In this document: positions 1-7,621 of the stretch, one piece after another
How the letters are laid out: the number at the start of each line of letters is the position of its first letter
Numbering within the stretch: position 1 is the stretch's first letter
Assembly: GCF_000011125.1 (NCBI RefSeq)
Contig: NC_000854.2
Coordinates: 210,001 to 242,000 of the forward strand
DNA length: 32,000 nucleotides
Origin: Aeropyrum pernix K1
GTDB taxonomy: Archaea > Thermoproteota > Thermoprotei_A > Sulfolobales > Acidilobaceae
Reading direction: 5' to 3'
Made by a program: the position numbers and the translations under genes
Notes under the pieces: generated by a model
The model's database searches: none
Seen by the model: the letters and a program-made list of their open reading frames with translations, nothing else
Told to the model about the DNA's origin: nothing

Positions 1-578
1 GTGATATCCCTGGATACGACTACGGTAGAGTGGAGAAAAGCCCTATAACCGACCTGGAGTTCGATCTTCTGAAGAAAACAGTTATGCTCGGTGAAAAAGA
101 TGTAATGTACCTAAAGAAGGCCTGCGATGTGCTAAAGGACCAGGTTGACGAGATACTGGATCTATGGTACGGCTGGGTCGCCTCGAACGAGCACCTAATC
201 TACTACTTCTCAAATCCGGATACTGGTGAGCCTATCAAAGAATATCTTGAGCGGGTTAGGGCCAGATTCGGGGCCTGGATCCTGGACACCACATGCCGAG
301 ACTATAACAGGGAGTGGCTAGATTACCAGTATGAGGTAGGGCTGAGGCATCATAGGAGTAAGAAGGGAGTTACAGATGGAGTGAGGACAGTGCCGCACAT
401 ACCACTAAGGTATTTAATAGCATTCATTTATCCAATAACAGCTACAATAAAGCCATTCCTAGCAAAGAAAGGTGGCAGCCCAGAGGATATCGAGGGAATG
501 TATAACGCGTGGTTCAAATCAGTAGTCCTCCAAGTAGCCATTTGGAGCCATCCATACACAAAAGAAAACGACTGGTAG
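1..578 (+). CDS. Protoglobin (globin-coupled-sensor globin family), 5' end truncated by window edge
   Basis: The ORF is open from the window start in frame 3 (DIPGYDYGRVEKSPITDLEF...), upstream of the tracked GTG at 30. The sequence agrees with the A. pernix protoglobin as I remember it, including the heme-pocket region '...WLDYQYEVGLRHHRSKKG...'. Confidence 0.93.
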   Translation, partial: DIPGYDYGRVEKSPITDLEFDLLKKTVMLGEKDVMYLKKACDVLKDQVDEILDLWYGWVASNEHLIYYFSNPDTGEPIKEYLERVRARFGAWILDTTCRDYNREWLDYQYEVGLRHHRSKKGVTDGVRTVPHIPLRYLIAFIYPITATIKPFLAKKGGSPEDIEGMYNAWFKSVVLQVAIWSHPYTKENDW

Positions 579-666
579 CGCCTCCCCACATTTTTACACC
601 TTTTTAAACCATCCACCCATATAAGCAAAATCCGAAGAACACTACTGTAACCATGGGAGCATTGTT

Positions 667-1257
667 ATGCATGAAGACGACGTCAGCATTAAGATAGTCT
701 CGGCTATAGAAAGAATAGCGAGAGCCTACAGGATTCTAATAGCCAGAGAGTCGTATAAACACGGTCTAACCCCCCTCCAGGCCAGTATACTATTATACAT
801 CTACAACTCTCCTCCAAACCACCGTACAATCAGCAGCTTAGTAAGAGAGCTTGGAGTCAAGCAGCCTACAATAAGCGACTCCGTGAGGGCACTCATATCT
901 AAAGGGCTAGTCACATATGAGCCGCACAGGTCCGATAGAAGGGTAAAAATCCTAAAGCTAACCCCAAAAGGTGTCGAGATTGCTGAAAGCCTGAAATCCT
1001 GGCAAACTGTGGCTGCCGAAGCTGTTGACTTGAGTAGAGGAGAGAGGGAGGCGCTCTTGGAACTCCTCCTGAAATACATGGCATCACTATATAGGTATGG
1101 AGTAATAGAGGTGGCCAGAACGTGCTTCACGTGCACATACCTCGAGGCAAAAAATAGAGGCGAGGGAGTAAGCTACTATTGCAGCCTGCTGAAAAGAGAG
1201 CTTGGTAGGAGTGGGCTAAGGGTAGACTGTCCAGAGCACAGTCCTAAACGAATATGA
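667..1257 (+). CDS. MarR-family winged-helix regulator with C-terminal cysteine cluster
   Basis: MarR-like HTH/wing (TISSLVRELGVKQPTISDSVRALISKGLVTYEPHRSDRRVKILKLTPKG), then CFTCTY...YYCSLL...RVDCPEH. Confidence 0.85.
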   Translation: MHEDDVSIKIVSAIERIARAYRILIARESYKHGLTPLQASILLYIYNSPPNHRTISSLVRELGVKQPTISDSVRALISKGLVTYEPHRSDRRVKILKLTPKGVEIAESLKSWQTVAAEAVDLSRGEREALLELLLKYMASLYRYGVIEVARTCFTCTYLEAKNRGEGVSYYCSLLKRELGRSGLRVDCPEHSPKRI

Positions 1258-1408
1258 ACAGGTGAGCTTTTCAGGGAAAGCTACGCTTGGTATCTCTTAT
1301 AATGGCGTGTCGGCTCAAACACACTTAACGACTCTAACATAAACCGGGGCATGCCAGTTCTCTTCAGTGTTTGTGGAAAGTCTAGCATAAGCACGTTCAA
1401 TACACTTG

Positions 1409-1954
1409 TTATAGTTCTTTATCAGTATTTTTAGCCAAAGTGGTTTCTGCTAGAACACTTCCAAGCGATTTCTTTATAATTTCGAATATGACTTGCTCTA
1501 CGAAATGTTTAGTAACGCAGAATTCGCAGGGTTTTAGCTTCTCTGCTATTGCTACCAGCTCGTCACCTCTGGTCGCTATTAGCTTCTCCACTATTCTTTT
1601 AACATCGTCCTTAACCTCTTCAGCCATTTCCTCTATCAACTTATCTGCCTCGGGATCCCCTGTGTAGGCGTAGTACCTGCTTTTAGCGACATACTTATAC
1701 GTTCGGCCGACCCTAGTAAGATCAACAAGACCGCTGTCCTTGAGTATGGAGAGGTGATACCTAATGGTATTGGCGGTTTTCATTATCCCCCTTTCCCTGA
1801 GACTCCTAACTATCTCCTCAACACTCATAGGCCGCTCGTGAAGCATCTCCAAAATCATAATCCTAAGCTCATCACTAAGCGCCTTAGCCTCCTCAAGCCT
1901 AACTGGTATTAGCCTCCTAACCCCGCCGCTTAGCCTTAAACCCTTTTCATCCAA
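1409..1954 (-). CDS. ArsR-like winged-helix transcriptional regulator with C-terminal CxxC
   Basis: LSDELRIMILEMLHERPMSVEEIVRSL...NTIRYHLSILKDSGLVDLTRVGRTYKYVAK; CEFC motif near the C-terminus. Confidence 0.8.
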   Translation of the reverse strand: MDEKGLRLSGGVRRLIPVRLEEAKALSDELRIMILEMLHERPMSVEEIVRSLRERGIMKTANTIRYHLSILKDSGLVDLTRVGRTYKYVAKSRYYAYTGDPEADKLIEEMAEEVKDDVKRIVEKLIATRGDELVAIAEKLKPCEFCVTKHFVEQVIFEIIKKSLGSVLAETTLAKNTDKEL

Positions 1955-2076
1955 ACACGCGCCACCCCCTGATAATAATACTTCCTAGGACGTTTTCACA
2001 CTATCTAAAATCTTAAGCATAGGATATCTTAAGGTGAGTAGGCACAGTCAGCAGTAGAATATGCTAGTTATTCCTA

Positions 2077-2566
2077 TCAGGAGGAGGCTGTATTGTAGCC
2101 ACTGTCATCCTGGGCAAGTTTCTTCACTTCTTCGAGCGCCTCGACGACGTGCCTCTCAGCGTTCATAAAACCTCTAATGACTTTAGCTATCCTCCCCTCA
2201 CTGTCTATCACAAAAGTCGCCCTATCCGCAAACCTAATCGGTCCTAGGCCTTTGAGCACCCCAAAAAGACTTGAACGCTTCGCCTTCAACATCGCTTGCC
2301 AGCCTAAACCTGACCCCATAATTCTGTGCGAACCTCCTGTTCCTCCCCGGAGGGTCCATTGATACTCCTATGACTTCAGCCCCCAGCTTTTTGAACTCCT
2401 CGTAAAGCCCGTTAAACCCTATAGCCTCCCGCGTGCAGCCAGGTGTAAAAGCCTTCGGGTAGAAGTAGAGGACAACACTCCTTCCCCTCAGCTGGGAGAG
2501 TCTAATGGTAGATCCGTCGATGAGCTGTATCTCAATATCGGGTGCTGGGTCGCCAACGCTGAGCAT
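2077..2566 (-). CDS. Peroxiredoxin of Bcp/PrxQ type, interrupted by an apparent frameshift at 2263-2267 (two ORF pieces, 2234-2566 and 2077-2319)
   Basis: N-terminal piece: GDPAPDIEIQLIDGSTIRLSQLRGRSVVLYFYPKAFTPGCTREA. C-terminal piece: GVLKGLGPIRFADRATFVIDSEGRIAKVIRGFMNAERHVVEALEEVK. They join if one T of a TTTTT run (minus strand) is skipped. Confidence 0.88.
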
Positions 2567-2568
2567 TA

Positions 2569-2615
2569 GATGCTCGACCAGTAGCTGACGTACTGGTTTT
2601 GATTTATTATGCGTC
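2569..2615 (-). promoter_or_regulatory. Candidate peroxiredoxin promoter with palindromic operator CCAGTA-N7-TACTGG
   Basis: Minus strand has an AATAAAT-like TATA element (~2600-2610), then a perfect 6-bp inverted repeat at 2578-2596 just upstream of the start codon at 2566. Confidence 0.45.
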
Positions 2616-2732
2616 GGTATATAGTGTATAACGCCTTAGTCTCACGCCTATTTTGCCTAGACCCTTTCGATGCTGCCGGGGGGATAGGCGTGTGAGGGGG
2701 TTACAGTCTTGCCAGCCAGTGTCTATGCCGTG

Positions 2733-3011
2733 TCACGTTCTTGATATGGTGTAGAGTATTGAGAGACCTGCAAGACTGGCCACCGTGATCGCGGCTAAAG
2801 GCGCGGCGAGTTCCATCCCATAGCCCTCGCTGGCCAGTCTGTAGTAGGTTGCGGTGGCTATAACCCCCTGTACGAGGAAGAGGGCGGCGAGGACTACCAT
2901 AGCCTTGCCCACGGGCGTGTGGCTTATCCTCCCATAATTGGCCGCCAGAAGGATTGCGAGGACAAGCTGTGCAATAGCCGCGACCAATGCTATAGCCCAC
3001 AGAGGGTTCAC
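2733..3011 (-). CDS. Small multi-helix membrane protein, unknown function
   Basis: Hydrophobic segments (LWAIALVAAIAQLVLAILLAANY; AMVVLAALFLVQGVIATATYY; LAAPLAAITVASLAGLSILYTI). The start overlaps the stop of the upstream HTH ORF. Confidence 0.65.
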   Translation of the reverse strand: MNPLWAIALVAAIAQLVLAILLAANYGRISHTPVGKAMVVLAALFLVQGVIATATYYRLASEGYGMELAAPLAAITVASLAGLSILYTISRT

Positions 3012-3313
3012 AGCCTAACACCCACCCTCCTTATAGAATCCTCAATAACACTCCAATGCCTCTCAGCCAGGTTTGTGAGTGCATACGGAGCCCCATATCC
3101 CTCGTAGAGCCTAGCTATAAGTCCGTGCCTAGCGAGGACCTCTAGGTGGTGTAAAACCGTCCTATAATTGAGGCCCAACTCTTGCGATAGCTGGTGAGCA
3201 TTCCTCGGGCGCTCCCTTAGCAGCATCAGAATCCTGGCTCTTGTAACCCCGCCTCTACTACCCTCTATAAGCCACCTCACAAGAAGGCCAACTCCATCCA
3301 CACCGCTAGGCAC
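3008..3313 (-). CDS. ArsR-like winged-helix DNA-binding protein
   Basis: TRARILMLLRERPRNAHQLSQELGLNYRTVLHHLEVLARHGLIARLYEGYGAPYALT. Overlaps the next ORF by 4 nt, so translational coupling is likely. Confidence 0.75.
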   Translation of the reverse strand: MPSGVDGVGLLVRWLIEGSRGGVTRARILMLLRERPRNAHQLSQELGLNYRTVLHHLEVLARHGLIARLYEGYGAPYALTNLAERHWSVIEDSIRRVGVRL

Positions 3314-3492
3314 AGAGGCACCCGCCCCCGGCGTCGCTGCTAGAGGCCCGACAACCCATGTTAAAGAAGAGGCTGGGGCGCTTAATTAACAGGTCGGTGA
3401 GCCCCGTCTAGAATCCCTAGTCCCAGCAGTGGTTCTGCTAGCTTTTCCGCCAATGGTTAGTTTAGTTGCTAGATATGTTTTGGCGTAGGAAT

Positions 3493-3513
3493 TTGTATAC
3501 AATTTGTATACAA
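3493..3513. promoter_or_regulatory. Tandem operator-like palindromes TTGTATACAA x2
   Basis: Two perfect 10-bp palindromes (3493-3502, 3504-3513), 11 bp centre to centre, between the divergent HTH and cupredoxin genes. Confidence 0.6.
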
Positions 3514-3568
3514 AGTTGGGAAATTGCTATACTAAGTGTTTAATAGGTTTAAATGTGGGGTCGCGGGC

Positions 3569-4009
3569 GTGGCATCTGTTAGTACGAGGTACGCTTTGGT
3601 GGGCCTGTTAATAGCGGTCATCGCTATAGTGGCGATTGCTTACTTATACCTGGGTGGAGGCGGCTATGGGGGGCAGGAAACGACAAGCCCTGGTGAGGAG
3701 GCCACCGGAGCTGGCGGAAGTACCGTTGTCAAGGTGGAGTTGTACGAGTGGGGTATCAAGATTGACAAAACCATGTTTAAAGCCGGTGAGAAAGTAGTAT
3801 TCGAGGTTGTTAACAAGGGGAGCTACACCCATGCATTCGAGATTGAAAACGATGATATAGGGTTCGAGGTTGAGACGAAAAATCTAGCGCCAGGCGAGTC
3901 GACCAAGCTTGAGGTCGTGTTTCCCCAGCCCGGCGAGTATGAAGTATACTGCCCGATTGACGGGCATAGGGATTTCGGTATGGAGGCGTTAATAACTGTG
4001 AGCGGCTGA
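3569..4009 (+). CDS. Membrane-anchored cupredoxin (plastocyanin/halocyanin-like blue copper domain)
   Basis: N-terminal TM anchor, Gly/Thr linker, then KVELYEWGIKIDKTMFKAGEKVVFEVVNKGSYTHAFEIE...YEVYCPIDGHRDFGMEALITV. Cu ligands H...C-x4-H-x4-M are visible. The tracked ORF starts at 3536. GTG 3569 fits better with the TATA-like GTTTAAAT at ~3547 (leaderless). Confidence 0.85.
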   Translation: MASVSTRYALVGLLIAVIAIVAIAYLYLGGGGYGGQETTSPGEEATGAGGSTVVKVELYEWGIKIDKTMFKAGEKVVFEVVNKGSYTHAFEIENDDIGFEVETKNLAPGESTKLEVVFPQPGEYEVYCPIDGHRDFGMEALITVSG

Positions 4010-4106
4010 CCACCTAATCGATCGTCTCGGGGCGAAAGCTTAACTTTCTGGATAGTCTCGGGCGCCCAAGAGTTTAGTAAGAATTTAGTAACCGAGGATT
4101 TTGTGA

Positions 4107-4838
4107 TCACACTATCTTTACGGAGCTCGACACTGCTTTAACGTTCACTCTCACCCTGTTGCCGCCAGGTGTTCCAGCATCTTTCTTAACTTCAAGCCTG
4201 GAAAGCCTCGCTACCTGCTCCTCAACGTAGTAGGTCTTGTCCCCCTCGAACTCTATTGTCACCCCGCTCGACTTTGCGTCAACATCTATCCAGTACTCCC
4301 CCCGGGTGGCCGGTGCTATAGCTAGCTTTACACCGCTGGAGTCGGCCTCAACATATACTCCGCCACCCGGTTTTATCTTCGACCTACCCTTTACACCGCT
4401 GGAGTCGGCCTTCACGCTGACATAGTCTAACGGGGCATCCAAGGCTTCAATGGCGATACCACTGGAGTCGGCTATAACAGCGAGGGCCTCCAAGGGCGCC
4501 TCAACAATTGCCGAAGCGGAGTCTAAGCGCAGCTTTGCCACGAGCCTGCCGTTCCTCTCGCTGAACCCAAGCCTCACGTCCCCCCCGATACTTCTGTAGC
4601 CCTTGAGTGAGAGCCTCTTCTCCACTGTCCCCTTTATTTTCACCTCGGAGGAGTCGGCCTCCACGATCAGGAGTATATTCTTGCTAAGGCTCTTCTGCAT
4701 GCTGATACCTACACCGCTCCACGGGCCTATCCCCATCTTATTTCTCAGTATTGAGCCGAGGGTTCTCGCCAGATCACGTAGGGGCATAGATCTGGCGGTC
4801 CAACCCTTTTCACCCAAGGATTTTTCACGACGCTTCAC
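4107..4838 (-). CDS. Repetitive beta-solenoid-like (DUF4097-type) protein with ADSSGV repeats
   Basis: Recurrent units: 'VEADSSEVKIKG', 'VIADSSGIAIEA', 'VSVKADSSGVKGRS', 'VYVEADSSGVKLAIA', 'IDVDAKSSGVTIEF', 'VNVKAVSSSVKIV'. Confidence 0.7.
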   Translation of the reverse strand: MKRREKSLGEKGWTARSMPLRDLARTLGSILRNKMGIGPWSGVGISMQKSLSKNILLIVEADSSEVKIKGTVEKRLSLKGYRSIGGDVRLGFSERNGRLVAKLRLDSASAIVEAPLEALAVIADSSGIAIEALDAPLDYVSVKADSSGVKGRSKIKPGGGVYVEADSSGVKLAIAPATRGEYWIDVDAKSSGVTIEFEGDKTYYVEEQVARLSRLEVKKDAGTPGGNRVRVNVKAVSSSVKIV

Positions 4839-5152
4839 GCCACACTCACCCCCCGCCTCCTACGTCTCTCCCATCCGAAAGGCTTTACTAGCTCTAGATG
4901 AGGCCCGCCTGCCAACCCTGCCAAGCTGGGCAGGGTTATGCCATCTATATACCTCTCATACTCGACAACCAGCTCCCCGGCGAGGCCCTTCGGCAGGCTC
5001 CTAGTCCTCCTCTTAAACTGTATTTTAGACATTGTCTTCCACAGGCCAAGCCTCATCCTGAGCCTGAGGTACATTAAACCGAGTCTGACTGTCAATCCCA
5101 GAACCCTGGCGGCTAGAATTACCGCCGCGACTATCCTCCTAGTCCGTTGCAA
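4835..5152 (-). CDS. Small basic protein with hydrophobic N-terminus, unknown function
   Basis: ORF with 4-nt overlap to the downstream gene and 14-nt overlap to the upstream gene. N-terminus RIVAAVILAARVLGLTVRLGLMYLRLRMRLGLW. Confidence 0.6.
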   Translation of the reverse strand: MQRTRRIVAAVILAARVLGLTVRLGLMYLRLRMRLGLWKTMSKIQFKRRTRSLPKGLAGELVVEYERYIDGITLPSLAGLAGGPHLELVKPFGWERRRRRGVSVA

Positions 5153-5558
5153 GCTTTATCACCAGCCTCCTACCCCTTCTCTCCACCTCTACTATGCCTA
5201 GCCTCTCGAGGGCGCGGAGACGCTCCCTTATAACCCTCCTCGAAGCCGTGCCTCTAAGCCTCCTAACCTCCCTTTCCAGGCCCCTCAGCGTTAGAGGCCC
5301 GTTGACCGCCAGGGCCTCGACTATAGCCTTCGCAATACCATCGTCCCCCAGACCCTTGTCTAGCCGAGACACAGCCCTTGCCACCCGCCTCGCCGTAGAC
5401 AGGGCTTCATGTATAGGCAGCGTGAATGCCATCGCCATCTCAGCCGCCATCCTCGCCTCCTGCTCCCCGGCCTCCGCCATCTCCTCAATCCTCCTCAGGC
5501 GCTGTAGGACCTCGGCCAGCAGCCTCTCGATCCTCTCCAGCCGCTCCTCAAAGCTCAC
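5139..5558 (-). CDS. Coiled-coil plus winged-helix putative regulator
   Basis: Heptad-like N-terminus (EERLERIERLLAEVLQRLRRIEEMAE) and C-terminal wHTH (NGPLTLRGLEREVRRLRGTASRRVIRERLRALERLGIVEVERRGRRLVIKL). Confidence 0.65.
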   Translation of the reverse strand: MSFEERLERIERLLAEVLQRLRRIEEMAEAGEQEARMAAEMAMAFTLPIHEALSTARRVARAVSRLDKGLGDDGIAKAIVEALAVNGPLTLRGLEREVRRLRGTASRRVIRERLRALERLGIVEVERRGRRLVIKLATD

Positions 5559-5616
5559 ACCGCCGCGAACCTCCGGGCTTTACTAGGCGTCAGCCCCTCC
5601 CGGGGGCCTGGCACAC

Positions 5617-6030
5617 CTACTTCTCTCCCGCCTGAGACAGCTCCCCCTTAGCCAGCTCTCTGATTATCCTAGCTATGTTCAGCGACTCCATCCTCATCCT
5701 GAAGTATTCCCTGGTTAGCTCCTCGACCATCTCGTCAGGCATGCCACTATCCCTCAGGTTCCTGTAGAACGCTGCCACCTCCTCACCTAGCTTAGAGCCG
5801 TCCATCACAGAGAGGGCAGTCTTCAAAATGTTGCCCAGAGGCTCTTCAAGGTTTTTTATAAACTCTGAGATTGCAGTCAACACTTCTCTAAGCTCCTCAA
5901 CATCGCTCCGCGAATCCTCATGCTCGTGGGAAACCTCTACCTCCACTCCACCAGCCTCCTCGGATACTGGGAAGGCCTCCTTAACAGCCTCCCTAGCCTC
6001 CCTCCTCTTCTCCTCATCCATATTATCCAC
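5617..6030 (-). CDS. Hypothetical charged alpha-helical protein
   Basis: 137-aa ORF with acidic N-terminus and helical C-terminus, collinear with the adjacent genes. A TATA-like element (GATATAGAG, minus) lies upstream. Confidence 0.5.
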   Translation of the reverse strand: MDNMDEEKRREAREAVKEAFPVSEEAGGVEVEVSHEHEDSRSDVEELREVLTAISEFIKNLEEPLGNILKTALSVMDGSKLGEEVAAFYRNLRDSGMPDEMVEELTREYFRMRMESLNIARIIRELAKGELSQAGEK

Positions 6031-6355
6031 CCAACGATTCCCAATGTAGCGTATCGTCGGTTCACTCTATATCTGCTTTAGACATATCAAGTGAACCATC
6101 TATACCTAGCTTCTGCCAGAGATATTCTGAACTATCATTCAAGCTAAGTTTCAACCGAGACAAGGTTAGCAGAATTTGCTTACCAGGTATCCCTAAGAAA
6201 CACATACAAACTTTACACACTATCCTAATACTTACATTTAATATATTGACAAAGTATAAATGATCTAGAAAAGTTCCAAATATGTCACTAAGAATTAAAA
6301 AGAACTTTTGAAAAGGATTAGAAAATGTGAAACAATGTATCACTAGCAGATTTCT

Positions 6356-7618
6356 TTATACTTTATGGCAAGCCACAGCATGACCCTCGCCCAATTCCCT
6401 CAGTTTTGGCTCTAAATCTGTGTGTAATCTAATTTCCACTAATTTTCCTTTCACAACAATTTCATTTATTATGGTGCTGTTAGTTTCACGCAATTTTTTA
6501 GCTAGATTTTCAGCGTTTTTACTAACCCTAATCCTTATAGTATCCCCAATTTTGGTTACATCTATTATCTCCACGTCTGAGTCAGCATGATCCTCTACAG
6601 AGAAGCCACAGATTTCCCTACTGGCTATCGGACATCTAGTAACAAAACGGCATCCTACAGGAGGTTTAGCTGGGTTAGGAGGCTCCCCTATATCCTTGAA
6701 CTCCTTTATCCTTCTCGATCTTGGGTCTGGGATTGGAACTGCTGACAGTAGGAGTTTTGTATACGGGTGTAGCGGATTAGTGAACAATATGTGTTTAGGC
6801 GCGCTTTCCATTATCTTACCAGAATACATAACGACTACACTTGATGACATGTACCTTACGACACTTATATCGTGAGTTATTAACAGATATGTTAAACCGT
6901 ATTTCTTCCATAGTTCTCTGAGGAGTCGGAGTATTTGGGCTTGTATTGAAACGTCAAGAGCGCTCGTCGGCTCGTCTAGCACGAGTATTTTTGGGTTAAG
7001 AGCTAGCGCCCTAGCTATTGCTACACGCTGCCTCTGTCCCCCGCTGAGTTCGTAGGGGTATCTATCCGCAAACTCTTTGCCGAGTCCAACTGCCTCGAGA
7101 ACCTCAATAACTCTTCTCTTAACTCCCTCACTGCTCTTTTCTATGCCGTGTACTCTAACAGGCTCTCCTATGATCTCTCCAACCTTCATTCTAGGATTTA
7201 GGCTGGAATATGGGTCCTGCTGGACCATTTGAACTTTACGCCTGAACTTTTTATAATTAGATCTGTCCATATAGTAGGGATCGTGGGTCTTGATAATCTT
7301 TCTATAGCGCTTAATGTCTTCCCTCTGAACGTTCTCCCCCCTTTTTAGTGCCTCATAAATACTTACAGCCTCCTCTAGCTCCCCCTTGTCGATGTCTATG
7401 AAAACATGCCCTGTGAAAGGCCTGTGTAGTCCTATTATGGTTTTAGCTAAAGTGGTCTTGCCTGACCCTGATTCGCCCACAACACCAAGTATTTCACCTT
7501 TCTTTAAAGAAAGGGACACGCCGTCTACAGCTTTTACATATCCTATTACTTTTTTAAGGTAGAAAGTCGTTATTGGAAAGTATACTCTAACATCATGTAG
7601 TGCTAGAGCAAGCATCAT
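6356..7618 (-). CDS. oppF: Oligopeptide/dipeptide ABC transporter ATP-binding protein (OppF/DppF type)
   Basis: Walker A GESGSGKTT, signature LSGGQRQR, Walker B ILVLDEPTSALD, and C-terminal NPPNPAKPPVGCRFVTRCPIAS oligopeptide-type extension. Confidence 0.93.
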   Translation of the reverse strand: MMLALALHDVRVYFPITTFYLKKVIGYVKAVDGVSLSLKKGEILGVVGESGSGKTTLAKTIIGLHRPFTGHVFIDIDKGELEEAVSIYEALKRGENVQREDIKRYRKIIKTHDPYYMDRSNYKKFRRKVQMVQQDPYSSLNPRMKVGEIIGEPVRVHGIEKSSEGVKRRVIEVLEAVGLGKEFADRYPYELSGGQRQRVAIARALALNPKILVLDEPTSALDVSIQAQILRLLRELWKKYGLTYLLITHDISVVRYMSSSVVVMYSGKIMESAPKHILFTNPLHPYTKLLLSAVPIPDPRSRRIKEFKDIGEPPNPAKPPVGCRFVTRCPIASREICGFSVEDHADSDVEIIDVTKIGDTIRIRVSKNAENLAKKLRETNSTIINEIVVKGKLVEIRLHTDLEPKLRELGEGHAVACHKV

Positions 7619-7621
7619 ACC

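Noticed and set aside
4024-4085. Short direct repeats (GTCTCGGG.CG; TTTAGTAA) between the cupredoxin and the solenoid gene
   Set aside because: Too short and too few to distinguish from chance. No associated structure or feature.
6062-6343. 93-aa minus-strand ORF in the AT-rich gap
   Set aside because: Phe/Ile/Leu-rich composition from AT-rich DNA with no motif. It is probably non-coding, though a small gene cannot be excluded.
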